Below, piece by piece: positions 23,941 through 33,712 of a stretch of 64,000 nt of DNA. The first letter of the stretch is position 1, and every line of letters begins with the position of its first letter. The notes beneath the pieces were generated by a model, which was not told where the DNA came from, did not search any database, and saw nothing but the letters and a program-made list of their open reading frames with translations. Made by a program: the position numbers and the translations under genes. The stretch covers positions 32,001 to 96,000 of IMG/VR virus record IMGVR_UViG_3300009103_000004; one strand, written 5' to 3'. This stretch comes from a virus.

Positions 23941-24528
23941 TTAAAAGGGGCTTTTCAAGTGCCTCTTGTAGGGAGTAATGTAATTATCTCCGTACTGATC
24001 GGCCAGTACCTTTACCGTGTCCTTCTTGCTTGGCGCATACGTATCAACACCATACAGTTTGATTTTACGCAACTTATTGTAATCTATTTTGTAATCCATC
24101 CAGAAATCCGACTCTATGATATTAAGTACCAGGTCGCAATGTATGTTCATTTGGGGGAAAGATTTAGGACTGCCGGCAGTGTCAAACGTTAACAGCCATG
24201 CCTGTATTCCATTTATCTTCTGCTTGTCCATGTCGTGAAATCTTTTGTCGAAGGACAAATTGTATTTCGGGTTCTCTATATTGTTATCGTCGCTACAATA
24301 TATTTCCCATTGTGTAAGGTCGTCCACACAAAACCTGAGATCTATGTCATCATCGTGATAGATTGGCTTGCCACGCTCGTACTCTATCAAGTTACCATGC
24401 GAAATTACATATCGCACACCGACATCATCTAACAAAGCGGACATACCCTCCATCAACTGTCTTTTGTAAGACAATACGTATTTGTAAGTCTCCTCGGTTA
24501 CTACGACTTTGTTATGTTTGTATTTCAT
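23941..24528 (-). CDS. licD: LicD-family nucleotidyl/phosphotransferase
   Basis: YVISHGNLIEYERG..IYHDDDIDL. Confidence 0.75.
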   Translation of the reverse strand: MKYKHNKVVVTEETYKYVLSYKRQLMEGMSALLDDVGVRYVISHGNLIEYERGKPIYHDDDIDLRFCVDDLTQWEIYCSDDNNIENPKYNLSFDKRFHDMDKQKINGIQAWLLTFDTAGSPKSFPQMNIHCDLVLNIIESDFWMDYKIDYNKLRKIKLYGVDTYAPSKKDTVKVLADQYGDNYITPYKRHLKSPF

Positions 24529-24533
24529 TTTTA

Positions 24534-25334
24534 TTAGAAAAGTTCTTCACAATATATCCCACTGTTAATACCTTCCCATCTATGCCCATCAACGTTAAAA
24601 TCTTTTAAATCCTCTATTGGGATAGTAAGCCTTGAATCTCCCTCATCATACATCTCCGCAAATGCATCACGCTTTAACTTATGGTTGAATTGAATTTTAC
24701 ATGATTTAAAAACATCCTCACCATACTGACGTTTTAATAAATCTACGGAACAGTTTGGCACAGGGACAGTAAGTCCTTCGTAATCGGCCTTTAGAAGTGG
24801 GAATATATTGTCCACTGGATCCGAAAAAGATTTAATGTGGCCGGAGACCATTTGACGTTTGGGAATTGTCAGCATGCCATCTTTAATATCATAAGTATAA
24901 AAATCGATGAATGGGTAAGCCCTACCCCTGACATAAGTCTTAAATGGAACTCCCCAATCTTTTTTCCATAGAGTCAAGTCCCCTGGCCACAATCCATCTT
25001 CGGTATGTTTGTTTTCCTTTGTCTGCCCGGGAACATATTTTTCTGACCCGTGAATTATCCATTTAGTATATCCCTTTTCTATGTCCTTTGGTGAAGGAAC
25101 ATGTTTCTTTAAATTAGACGTTAATTTGGGTATGTCGTCAGCACTTATGACAATATCAATATCATCATCCCAAGGCATTCGTCTACCATGTCGCAAAGCT
25201 CCTATAAGTGTGCCAAAGGCCAGAAAAAATTTAATATCCTGACTGACTAGAAAGTTAAATGTTTGCTCAAATAAATAAACCAACCTAGCCTCCTGCTCTC
25301 GGCTGAGGTCCATTTCTTTAGATATGCTGTTCAT
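24534..25334 (-). CDS. licD: LicD-family protein
   Basis: FLAFGTLIGALRHGRRMPWDDDIDI; IFPL..YEG..VPVP..LL..QYG. Confidence 0.9.
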   Translation of the reverse strand: MNSISKEMDLSREQEARLVYLFEQTFNFLVSQDIKFFLAFGTLIGALRHGRRMPWDDDIDIVISADDIPKLTSNLKKHVPSPKDIEKGYTKWIIHGSEKYVPGQTKENKHTEDGLWPGDLTLWKKDWGVPFKTYVRGRAYPFIDFYTYDIKDGMLTIPKRQMVSGHIKSFSDPVDNIFPLLKADYEGLTVPVPNCSVDLLKRQYGEDVFKSCKIQFNHKLKRDAFAEMYDEGDSRLTIPIEDLKDFNVDGHRWEGINSGIYCEELF

Positions 25335-25352
25335 GAATAGACTAGTTTAGAT

Positions 25353-26261
25353 TTATGCAATTCTTTCCATGAAGGGGCACGCATCCATGATATCTTCGTA
25401 ATTAAAATTAATGGGCCTATCATCAAAGTTAAAATGTTTTTCCAGATTAGACGCGTCAAGAGCACCAGGGACATTTTTGATTTTATACATATGCCGGTCA
25501 CGGATCTTATCTACTGACATAAAATAATCCAGATATTTAAATCGCCCAGAGGCAGAGCAAGAGGCCCCGGTAACTTTTGGTGTCCAAAGCCATGCATTAG
25601 GAATATTAAATGCATCGGATATGATCAACCCATGCAGGGCTGAAGATACGATCTTCTCGCATGACAGTATATCTATAAGAGTTTTCTCAACATCCGTTGT
25701 TTTAAGGTCAATTAACTTTACATTATCTCCCGGTACAGCATCTTTCCAGGCCCAGTCATTACACCGTATAATTACTCCTATCTTATGTGTTTTTGGTATA
25801 TCTTCCCGGGTTTTATCAAATAAGTAAGGTACTAAAAGCGCTGGGTCTCCATATACTTCTGGGCAGTGGCCGCCGGCAGATGCTATTAAGCTCCGTGTTA
25901 ACGGTCCACGTACTGAATGATATTTAGCTTGTTCTGAATGATGTCCGGCACCTAGGGTCTTCATCTTTCTAAACGGCTCGGTACTATTTGCACCAGTTCC
26001 CCATACTATACTTGTCGGCCTGACATACAGTAGCATAGATCCTATAGCTATATAGTGCGGTTGTTTAATCAATTTAGTACATGTAGACGGGGGCTCAACA
26101 ACACTCCTGGCATTTATACCTGTCAATTTATGTATTAACCATGGTGATATAGCATCTCCCCAATTGTCGATCCGCCTCCACCACGTAAGTGGGACTTCAC
26201 CATCCCTTAAGATAATATCTTTTCTAGGCCTGTATTTAGAAGTAATTTCATTAACACCCAT
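25353..26261 (-). CDS. polysaccharide pyruvyltransferase-family protein (ExoV-like)
   Basis: NWGD, IGS, VWGTG, SVRGPLTR, GDPALL, SSALHGLIISDAFNIP. Confidence 0.85.
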   Translation of the reverse strand: MGVNEITSKYRPRKDIILRDGEVPLTWWRRIDNWGDAISPWLIHKLTGINARSVVEPPSTCTKLIKQPHYIAIGSMLLYVRPTSIVWGTGANSTEPFRKMKTLGAGHHSEQAKYHSVRGPLTRSLIASAGGHCPEVYGDPALLVPYLFDKTREDIPKTHKIGVIIRCNDWAWKDAVPGDNVKLIDLKTTDVEKTLIDILSCEKIVSSALHGLIISDAFNIPNAWLWTPKVTGASCSASGRFKYLDYFMSVDKIRDRHMYKIKNVPGALDASNLEKHFNFDDRPINFNYEDIMDACPFMERIA

Positions 26262-26283
26262 ACTGTCATCTCCTCTATTTAAT

Positions 26284-26760
26284 CTATCTAACTATCTTCT
26301 CAATTAACATTGTTGTAGATATCGAAGGTGTCCGGGGCAGGTACACTACTTCACATATATCCTTAAACTCGTCGAACTTACCCTTCCAGTCATCCCCCAT
26401 AACAAGGACATGCGCCTCATATTCTTTTATATATTCCCTTTTCTGCTCCATTGATTCCTCAAGAAATACTTTATCAACTACGCTTAAGGCCCCGACAATA
26501 GCCATCCTATCCTCTTGATTAACCACAGGATATTTCTTTTTTTTATCATAGTTCATCTTATCACTAGACACTCCAACTATTAGAGTAGGCTCTGGTCCAA
26601 ACCAACCTAGTTTTCTAATTTTTGGATTTTCAGTTTCCTTGTATGGGTATACCATAACTCGGCCAGCTTCATTCGCCCCATTAAGAATATTCAAATGCCC
26701 TATGTGAAATAGATCGAATGTGCCGAATGTGATTACATTACTAGTGGTCCTCTCTGTCAT
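26284..26760 (-). CDS. tagD: TagD-like (glycerol-3-phosphate-type) cytidylyltransferase
   Basis: VITFGTFDLFHIGHLNIL, LIVGVSSD, MGDDWKGKFD, YLPRTPSISTT; start MTERTT at 26760. Confidence 0.85.
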   Translation of the reverse strand: MTERTTSNVITFGTFDLFHIGHLNILNGANEAGRVMVYPYKETENPKIRKLGWFGPEPTLIVGVSSDKMNYDKKKKYPVVNQEDRMAIVGALSVVDKVFLEESMEQKREYIKEYEAHVLVMGDDWKGKFDEFKDICEVVYLPRTPSISTTMLIEKIVR

Positions 26761-26770
26761 GCCTTTGTTG

Positions 26771-27328
26771 TTACATATTACATTCGAAAATCTTATAATT
26801 CGTATCCCAATATTTTGAGTACTCACTTTCGACTAATCCCCTATTCCTATGAAATGTGGTATCGGCATGTGAGCCAGAAGGAACTTTCCAATTACCATAT
26901 AGTTGATCTAGATATAGCTCGCTTTCAATTGGTATTGTGTAAATTTCTTCATTCATTTTGACCTCCTCTAATTTCGGGAATGCTGGATTTGCGTAAACGT
27001 CACAATATAATTCAGCCCATTTAGTTTTAATACTAATCATGTTACCCCATTTTTTTTTAGGATAATGCTCATGCGCTTTAATTTTTATTAAGTCATATTT
27101 TTCAAAATTAATTTTCTTCAATTTGCCCCACTGAGATAGGTGAGTAGTTATATCGACGTCAGTATCACTTATTATTAAATCTTTATCTCTCACACAACCT
27201 ATCAGTGTACCACAATCCAAATAATATTTTATACCCTTAGCATTTAATATATGTACAACCTTTTTTAAAAGATAATTCATTAACTCCAATTTATGTCGAG
27301 CTACCTCATTCCAATATGCAAAATCCAT
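26771..27328 (-). CDS. licD: LicD-family protein
   Basis: YYLDCGTLIGCVRDKDLIISDTDVDI; YLDQLYGNWKVP. Confidence 0.85.
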   Translation of the reverse strand: MDFAYWNEVARHKLELMNYLLKKVVHILNAKGIKYYLDCGTLIGCVRDKDLIISDTDVDITTHLSQWGKLKKINFEKYDLIKIKAHEHYPKKKWGNMISIKTKWAELYCDVYANPAFPKLEEVKMNEEIYTIPIESELYLDQLYGNWKVPSGSHADTTFHRNRGLVESEYSKYWDTNYKIFECNM

Positions 27329-27341
27329 TGAACATTATCAT

Positions 27342-29108
27342 TTATTGTTTATTTTTTTGGCTAACCAAATAATCAAAACACCCTTGATATTTGTAAGCGT
27401 TAACGCCATCCGGGCGTATCCATTTCTTTTCCTTGAACTCTGGGAGGCCGCTAGCTTTGAAAATAGCATCCTCTCCAAAACCATATGTAAACTGCGTTAC
27501 TAATTTAAGATTATAAAACTCATTATTTAACACCTCTGTGCCAATACCCTGTTCAGACAAAAGAAAGGAGTGCACCATATCATCAGAAAACCTACAAGTA
27601 CTGCATTCGTTAGATACGGAAACCATTTTATTTATTGTATCCTCGTGTATGTCCGAAACCTTGTATGCTACACCTGAAAACCCTTCAGAAACAACTTTGT
27701 TCTCATGCGGCCAGTCTTTATCGTCAATGTCCCAAAAGGACAAGGTTGGCGCAGAAGCAGTAACCACCTTGTTATTGAGTTTAGACATTGCTAGGGCCAT
27801 TTCATTAACCATCCCAAACGGGTAAGCAGTGTCGTCATCGATTGTAATTAAAATAGCACTAGGGTCATGTTCCTTTAGGTACCTCAATGCGGGAATCAGT
27901 TTATTTATGGGTCCTAGATCATGCTCACCCCTAATAAGAGTTACCTTCTCATTAGAAGTTAAATCTTTGGGTATAATATAATCTTCCTCATCTCTGTACT
28001 TATCGGGCAACGATAATAGTATGGCATTAACAAACTCTAAATCCAATGTGTTTAAGGGGTAGTAGATTTTATCAAGCCTGGAAGGAGAAGAAGTCAACGA
28101 CACGTAAACGTTATGTTCTGAAAGATACGCAGAAAGCTCATCAGATACCACTCTTCGTTTTTGTTTAAGGCAAGCCTGTACGATACCGCGAAATTTATAA
28201 ATTGATTTATCACAAACATCACCGCCTGGGTATGGGAAATTAACAGTTGTAAGTTCACCGAACGAGGGGGTGACGCGGCCTTGCCAATTTTGCTCTATCT
28301 CTCCAAGGTGTACTACACGTACGCTTTTTAACGTAGTTTTCTTTTTAAACTTACCACTAAATAGTAGGTCTGAGTGTGAGGCATCACGATGGTGCTCGGG
28401 GTATGGCTGGTTGCCTATTTTACTACTCTTGAAGTTTAAAGAATTAAAAAGTTGAAAGTAACCTATAGGCATTCCGCGCGGGCTGTATGCTTTGGGTAGA
28501 GCTGTAAAGTCGCGTCCAGAAGACTTGTAGCTATCAAACTCCTCAGGCGTTTCCGCGAAATGACGTATTGCTCCGTATAAAGTCGTAGTATTCAAACTAC
28601 GAGTGTCCATGTAACGCTTGAAATATGGTGGAAACACAATATCTGCATCAAATATCAAAACCCAATTAGATTTATTAGTACCGATTTTCGAAAGACCCAA
28701 ATTAATACCTGCGCCCTTGTCAAAGAAAGAACCACCCCGGTAAAACACGTCAGTCTTTATCAACTCTACGAAATCATATTTTCGGCAAAGCTCCTCAGTA
28801 GCTTTATCGTTAGTGTCTGTTACTACATATAACTTTGTAAACACACCGACTGCAGACTCCAAACTATACTTAAAATAATCAGCATAGTTAACACAACAAA
28901 CAACTCCATACAACTTAGCAACAGGAACGGATGTATCTGGTACCCAAAGACCAGAACCAGAATCAGATGTCTTAGCAGCCTTAACCTCAAGCATAGGGTC
29001 TAAATCCTGACCGCCGCCGCGTCTGGGGTTGTCACCAATATAATTAATACTTTTCTTTATAGGAACGTTCCTCTTCTTTACATTTAAGTTAAAATTTATA
29101 TCCATCAC
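27342..29108 (-). CDS. two-domain GT-A glycosyltransferase fusion
   Basis: Domain 1: CVNYADY, FDKGAGIN, IFDADIV, GYFQLF. Domain 2: VSLTSSPSRL, DLGPINKL, ITIDDD, SDD. Confidence 0.75.
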   Translation of the reverse strand: MMDINFNLNVKKRNVPIKKSINYIGDNPRRGGGQDLDPMLEVKAAKTSDSGSGLWVPDTSVPVAKLYGVVCCVNYADYFKYSLESAVGVFTKLYVVTDTNDKATEELCRKYDFVELIKTDVFYRGGSFFDKGAGINLGLSKIGTNKSNWVLIFDADIVFPPYFKRYMDTRSLNTTTLYGAIRHFAETPEEFDSYKSSGRDFTALPKAYSPRGMPIGYFQLFNSLNFKSSKIGNQPYPEHHRDASHSDLLFSGKFKKKTTLKSVRVVHLGEIEQNWQGRVTPSFGELTTVNFPYPGGDVCDKSIYKFRGIVQACLKQKRRVVSDELSAYLSEHNVYVSLTSSPSRLDKIYYPLNTLDLEFVNAILLSLPDKYRDEEDYIIPKDLTSNEKVTLIRGEHDLGPINKLIPALRYLKEHDPSAILITIDDDTAYPFGMVNEMALAMSKLNNKVVTASAPTLSFWDIDDKDWPHENKVVSEGFSGVAYKVSDIHEDTINKMVSVSNECSTCRFSDDMVHSFLLSEQGIGTEVLNNEFYNLKLVTQFTYGFGEDAIFKASGLPEFKEKKWIRPDGVNAYKYQGCFDYLVSQKNKQ

Positions 29109-29953
29109 TCATCACAGTTTACAGCTATTGTGTCAGCAGACCACTTCGCGTAAAGATAAAAATTAGAATTATTAGAACCAACTACGTACGGGCACAATGA
29201 CATTATAATAGCATTCATTAATTCAGAACGTATAGGGTCTGTGTCGTGTTCTCTGAAGGTGAGTCTGTCACTGTACCTGTTTACAATATACTCAGCGTAT
29301 AAACTGTTACTCCCTATGGCAAATAACCTTATATTTATTTTCTTACAAACAAAAGAATCTACCGCATCTATAAAACTAGATAAGTTGCTTTCGTTAATGC
29401 AATTAAGATCTACGCCAATAACCGTACTGTCCTTAAATTTGTCTCGAAAATAACCCCGGGCTGCTTTGCTCTGAAACCACCTCGGGACTACCTTGTCCGC
29501 ACAGGCATTCCATAAAAAAGACCCTCGTGCCAAATCATCCGTAAAATACTCGTGCTCAAAAAAAGAATCATATGTAAATAGGCTGTAATTACCAACAGCG
29601 GAAGGGCCCCGCAACAAAGCGTCCCGATCTATGTTTTGTGGAGCAGCATTATCACGTATGACTTCAGGTATGTCTGAAAGAGAGTAAGCATACTGCTCTT
29701 TTATCTTTAGCTTAAAACAATCGTGAAAAACATTACTACCGTCCGTAGATACCTTTGAATCTGACCAATCGACAAAAATATTATACCCGCGCCAATGCCT
29801 GAGTGAAACCAAAACATCCACAACGGTAAGAACCCTGTTTATTACAGAAGAAGTCTCTGACCCGCGAATAACAATATATTTGTTAAACGCCTGAGGTATA
29901 AGACGCTCGGCAACGTAGTGTTTGTTATCAGTCATCTTCTTTCCTGGAAGCAA
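29105..29953 (-). CDS. NodZ/fucosyltransferase-like GT-B protein, degenerate
   Basis: INRV..., FVDW, VIGVDL (canonical GVHIR absent), AIIMSLCPYVVGS.NSNF. Confidence 0.4.
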   Translation of the reverse strand: MLPGKKMTDNKHYVAERLIPQAFNKYIVIRGSETSSVINRVLTVVDVLVSLRHWRGYNIFVDWSDSKVSTDGSNVFHDCFKLKIKEQYAYSLSDIPEVIRDNAAPQNIDRDALLRGPSAVGNYSLFTYDSFFEHEYFTDDLARGSFLWNACADKVVPRWFQSKAARGYFRDKFKDSTVIGVDLNCINESNLSSFIDAVDSFVCKKINIRLFAIGSNSLYAEYIVNRYSDRLTFREHDTDPIRSELMNAIIMSLCPYVVGSNNSNFYLYAKWSADTIAVNCDE

Positions 29954-30797
29954 AGTAATCTCTTATATCCGAATGCATAGTGCCTTTGTCTGAATCCCAA
30001 GTTAAAACACCGGACTCGTCAGAACCAAGATCAGTAGCAGGGTCAAACTGCGCCTTAAGCAAAACCTCGTGTCTATCAAGATAATTTCTATTCTTGAGAT
30101 TACCATGAAAGAAAGTATCGATCTTGTTTTCAGCGTAACCTATGTCGCCAGCAACCTTCGAATACCACTCATTTGACCAAGCTATAATGTCGTATATATG
30201 CTGCAAGGAATATGATCTCTTGCTAAACCAATCACGCAATTCGTTAAAAGCAGCAGCATATATAAGAGTATCGCCACCACCCACAACTAGGTTAGTGTAT
30301 AGCCCAAACCCGTCTGCAAATAAAGAAGAGGGGCAAGCCCACCCAAAACCCGTGGCAGGCGAGCATTGACCCATAGACGCCACAGTACTCTTCATTACCT
30401 TAAAGGCATCATCATCATCGTAACGTTTTATAACTTCAAATACCTGAACCAGAGTGCTCTCTAACAAAGCTTCTATAATCTTATCGTACCAACCATCATT
30501 TATAAAAATTATATCAGCATCAAGCCACGAGACATACTCGTACCCGCGAGATAAAACATCCCTTATGCCAATGTTAAGCAAAGCTTCCTTCTGCCACATC
30601 AAATGCTGTGTCCTAAACGACAAACGGTTTGGGAGTTCATCTAGATGAAAATCAGCGTCATCAAAAGCCAGCTCAACAGTAGTGAGTTGTTCAGCGTAGT
30701 CGCCAAGGCCTTCGTAAAACCTAAAGTAGTTATCCCTACGTCGTGAGTATCCGCACGGATTAAAGTAACAAGCAGTTAAGCCTAAATCAAAACTCAT
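29928..30797 (-). CDS. GT-A fold glycosyltransferase-like protein
   Basis: CYFNP, MWQKEALLNIG, YVSWLDADIIF, GFGWA, GGGD. Confidence 0.7.
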   Translation of the reverse strand: MSFDLGLTACYFNPCGYSRRRDNYFRFYEGLGDYAEQLTTVELAFDDADFHLDELPNRLSFRTQHLMWQKEALLNIGIRDVLSRGYEYVSWLDADIIFINDGWYDKIIEALLESTLVQVFEVIKRYDDDDAFKVMKSTVASMGQCSPATGFGWACPSSLFADGFGLYTNLVVGGGDTLIYAAAFNELRDWFSKRSYSLQHIYDIIAWSNEWYSKVAGDIGYAENKIDTFFHGNLKNRNYLDRHEVLLKAQFDPATDLGSDESGVLTWDSDKGTMHSDIRDYFASRKEDD

Positions 30798-31645
30798 GAC
30801 ACTATATCAAAATTATGTAAGGACTTGGCGCAATGTATAAATTCAGCAGCCTCAAACTCTGGATCATGAGAAGAATGTAAACGCTCAGACCCATGGTAGT
30901 GACGCCTGGATTTTCCAAGATCAAAACCGTAAAGCGTTACTCCCCCGAAGACCCTGATGCCAAACGCAGCTGCAGCATACCCTATAGATGGCTTCTTGGT
31001 AGAATGTAAAGAGCTAAGACATGCACGAAAAGAAGGCTTAAGCACTAACATAGCTGAAGGGTCTCCGCCAGAATCTAAGTAACGAGCATACTCTAGTAAA
31101 GCTGCAGTTTCATTAGTCGTGCCTATAGCTATGTTTAAAACACCGAGTAGCTGGAAATCATCTCTGGTTATATCGCGCGTGTAGTCATAAATCCTACGTT
31201 CATTAAATAAATGTATGGTAGTCTTAGTGCCTATATCTTCAGAATGCTCTGTTATAAAAGGATGATTAAGCCTACACACCACTTTGTTGGAATCTATATG
31301 CTTACCGTACTTTGAGTTAAGCAAACAACTACCCCCACCGACTATGGTTATATGACCACCATAGATAGAAAAATTAGATATATCGGAAAGACTGGGAAGT
31401 TTATCAGAAAAAACCGAACATATGTATGGAGCTGAATTGGGATCAGGCCAATCTTCTTCTAGCCAGTGCGTAGGCATATTCTCGCGAAGTAAGTCGCTAC
31501 TATTGTCTGATATAACGCCACGCTCGAAATCAGTGAAAGCTTCTTTATACAGAACAACTGACGATAGGTCAGATGTTACTGGGATATGACTTAGTCTCTC
31601 AAGCGTTGGGAATTCAGGTATGTTAACTAGTAAGTCCTCATTCAT
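30794..31645 (-). CDS. GT29 sialyltransferase-like protein
   Basis: Sialylmotif L (IVGGGSCLLNSKYGKHIDSNKVVCRLN..DIGTKTT), S (PSIG..VTLYGFD), III (HYH) and VS (HDPEFE). Confidence 0.85.
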   Translation of the reverse strand: MNEDLLVNIPEFPTLERLSHIPVTSDLSSVVLYKEAFTDFERGVISDNSSDLLRENMPTHWLEEDWPDPNSAPYICSVFSDKLPSLSDISNFSIYGGHITIVGGGSCLLNSKYGKHIDSNKVVCRLNHPFITEHSEDIGTKTTIHLFNERRIYDYTRDITRDDFQLLGVLNIAIGTTNETAALLEYARYLDSGGDPSAMLVLKPSFRACLSSLHSTKKPSIGYAAAAFGIRVFGGVTLYGFDLGKSRRHYHGSERLHSSHDPEFEAAEFIHCAKSLHNFDIVS

Positions 31646-32331
31646 TTAGGAGAACTGAAGTAACCTGATTTCATTAGAAAGGTCAACTCTTCAAAGTCTG
31701 CTGGCTCGTCTATCTCAAAGCTACGTTGCCTAGGCATTACATAGAGTCCAACATTACCACTAGCTCTATCCTTAGACGCTTCAAGCAAGCCCTTGCTGGT
31801 TATATAAAAAGCGCCGTTTTCTCTATAGACCTCGGGCCTGTCTTGTCGCTGATGATGATACTGGTTTGATCGTATAGCGCCATGCTTGCCATATGACCAC
31901 ATGAACCCCCCGCACAACCACCCGCCACTGTCTAGACAAACAGAGACCACAGAATCGTATGGATTGTATTTTAAAACGTCCAAGCCACCCTCTATATCTT
32001 CAACAGAAGTAAGAGGTGCAGTACACTGTAAGAACACCAACGTTTCAAAATCTGGTACACATTCAGCAAAATGAAGTAATACCTCTTCACTGTTTGTATC
32101 ATCTCCAGATATGCAGTCAGGACGCCTTACTATCTTTGCACCAGACTCAACAGCAACCTCTTCTATATCACAACAATCCGTGCTAACCCACACGTCGTCA
32201 ACATTAGACTCCAGCGCAGTTTTTATAGAATAATCTATAAGGGGCCTACCGTTTAACAATTTAATGTTTTTACCGGGAATGCCCTTGCTGCCACCTCTAG
32301 CTGGAATTACGGCAATAGTTTTTCCACTCAT
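31642..32331 (-). CDS. neuA: acylneuraminate cytidylyltransferase (CMP-nonulosonate synthetase)
   Basis: AVIPARGGSKGIPGKNIK, VSTD, LQCTAPL, YRENGAFY, SFEIDEPADF. Confidence 0.93.
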   Translation of the reverse strand: MSGKTIAVIPARGGSKGIPGKNIKLLNGRPLIDYSIKTALESNVDDVWVSTDCCDIEEVAVESGAKIVRRPDCISGDDTNSEEVLLHFAECVPDFETLVFLQCTAPLTSVEDIEGGLDVLKYNPYDSVVSVCLDSGGWLCGGFMWSYGKHGAIRSNQYHHQRQDRPEVYRENGAFYITSKGLLEASKDRASGNVGLYVMPRQRSFEIDEPADFEELTFLMKSGYFSSPK

Positions 32332-32337
32332 TATTTA

Positions 32338-32625
32338 TTAACTACTAAACGAAGAATATATAGAAATCAAAGATAAAAGTAAGACAAAACAAAGTATAAC
32401 GTTAACAACTAAAGAACTACGTTGCGATGTATCCTGTGAGACACAGCATTTGTTAGCACCACATTTGGGGCTTGTGCATTCTCGAACTTCGTAAGAGTCA
32501 TAGAGTGCTTTGTTTATAATAGTGTTCATCTCGTAGTCGTACTCCTCAGGATCTACTCCGAGCTCATCGTGTAACTTTACTGGGTCGCTACTCATAACTA
32601 TACTCGTCATCGTAGTACCCATCAC
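32338..32625 (-). CDS. small protein with Cys cluster and C-terminal transmembrane helix
   Basis: CTSPKCGANKCC followed by VVNVILCFVLLLSLISIY; start uncertain. Confidence 0.5.
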   Translation of the reverse strand: MMGTTMTSIVMSSDPVKLHDELGVDPEEYDYEMNTIINKALYDSYEVRECTSPKCGANKCCVSQDTSQRSSLVVNVILCFVLLLSLISIYSSFSS

Positions 32626-32812
32626 TTTTAGTAAGCCTGAGCAAAACCAAATCTTCTATAACATCACAACCTAGTTTTCTAAGAAGCTTAACACAGTCCA
32701 TGCGACTAAACTTCTTTTCAACCTCCTCAAGCTCAATGGCATCGTAACCACTGTTTAGCATAGTGCTAACATAATCGCGTAGTAACTCCATGTCTTCTTC
32801 TAAATCACTCAT
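32588..32812 (-). CDS. small acidic hypothetical protein
   Basis: Overlap-coupled ORF. Confidence 0.5.
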   Translation of the reverse strand: MSDLEEDMELLRDYVSTMLNSGYDAIELEEVEKKFSRMDCVKLLRKLGCDVIEDLVLLRLTKSDGYYDDEYSYE

Positions 32813-33698
32813 AAAACGAATAGTATAGAGATTCTGTCCATTTCTTACTCATTGCTTCGGGCGAAAAGTATTTTTTAGCATACATCCACCTGTCAATTCT
32901 TTTTTCTTCAGGATCGTTATCTATTAAATCCATAATCTGAGATACAACATCGTCAACAGAAGAGCTAGGATCTACACTTTCCATCCAGGGCTCGTCAACG
33001 TCATAGTTCAAAGTCCAGCGACCCTGAGCTACAACGTCATAGTTTATTCTGCCGAAATCTCCCAATTCGCCAAAGCGCACCATGCCGTGTACCATTGGTA
33101 GTATCTGACTGATGTTGGCCTTACCCAAGGCAATAACGTGAGGGGCCTGAACCCACCCCGATTTATGGGGCAGCATAAACACCTTAACACCATACTCGCC
33201 AAGTTTTTTTATAACAGCTTGCGCCAATTTTTTATGAGGCTTGAGACAACCATTCCACGGGCTGGCATACCACAGTATGAATTTATTGAATGAAACAGGA
33301 GGACACACATCAGGTATGTCAACATGGTTTGCCCTATACATAACCTTTGGGTCCAATCCTACCTCCAGAAGCTTACTCCGAAATGTGTTGTTGTTAACCC
33401 AGTAATCCTTGAGCGGGTGCTTGATCATGTACTCACGTATATTCTTTTTTCTCAAAAGCTTCCTGTTACAACTACCCAAACCAAACAAGATAGACCTGTC
33501 CCTGTACTCTGGAACTATGTGAGTTATACACTGAGATAATATACCGTCAAAAGGCTCCTGTTCAGGAATCCTGATGTCCCACTCATGTTTCTTAAAATCA
33601 GATAAGTAAACAAACTCTATGTCGTCCTTAACTAGATCTCTGATCCTCTTAAGGCCGGATTCGGTGCCACTCTGCGCTATCCCAAGTATTTTTAACAT
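32805..33698 (-). CDS. putative GT-B glycosyltransferase-like protein
   Basis: 297 aa; C-terminal DFGRINYDVVAQGR and AKKYFSPEAMSKKW resemble GT4 C-termini; island context. Confidence 0.4.
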   Translation of the reverse strand: MLKILGIAQSGTESGLKRIRDLVKDDIEFVYLSDFKKHEWDIRIPEQEPFDGILSQCITHIVPEYRDRSILFGLGSCNRKLLRKKNIREYMIKHPLKDYWVNNNTFRSKLLEVGLDPKVMYRANHVDIPDVCPPVSFNKFILWYASPWNGCLKPHKKLAQAVIKKLGEYGVKVFMLPHKSGWVQAPHVIALGKANISQILPMVHGMVRFGELGDFGRINYDVVAQGRWTLNYDVDEPWMESVDPSSSVDDVVSQIMDLIDNDPEEKRIDRWMYAKKYFSPEAMSKKWTESLYYSFYE

Positions 33699-33712
33699 TG
33701 GGGGTAAGTGAC

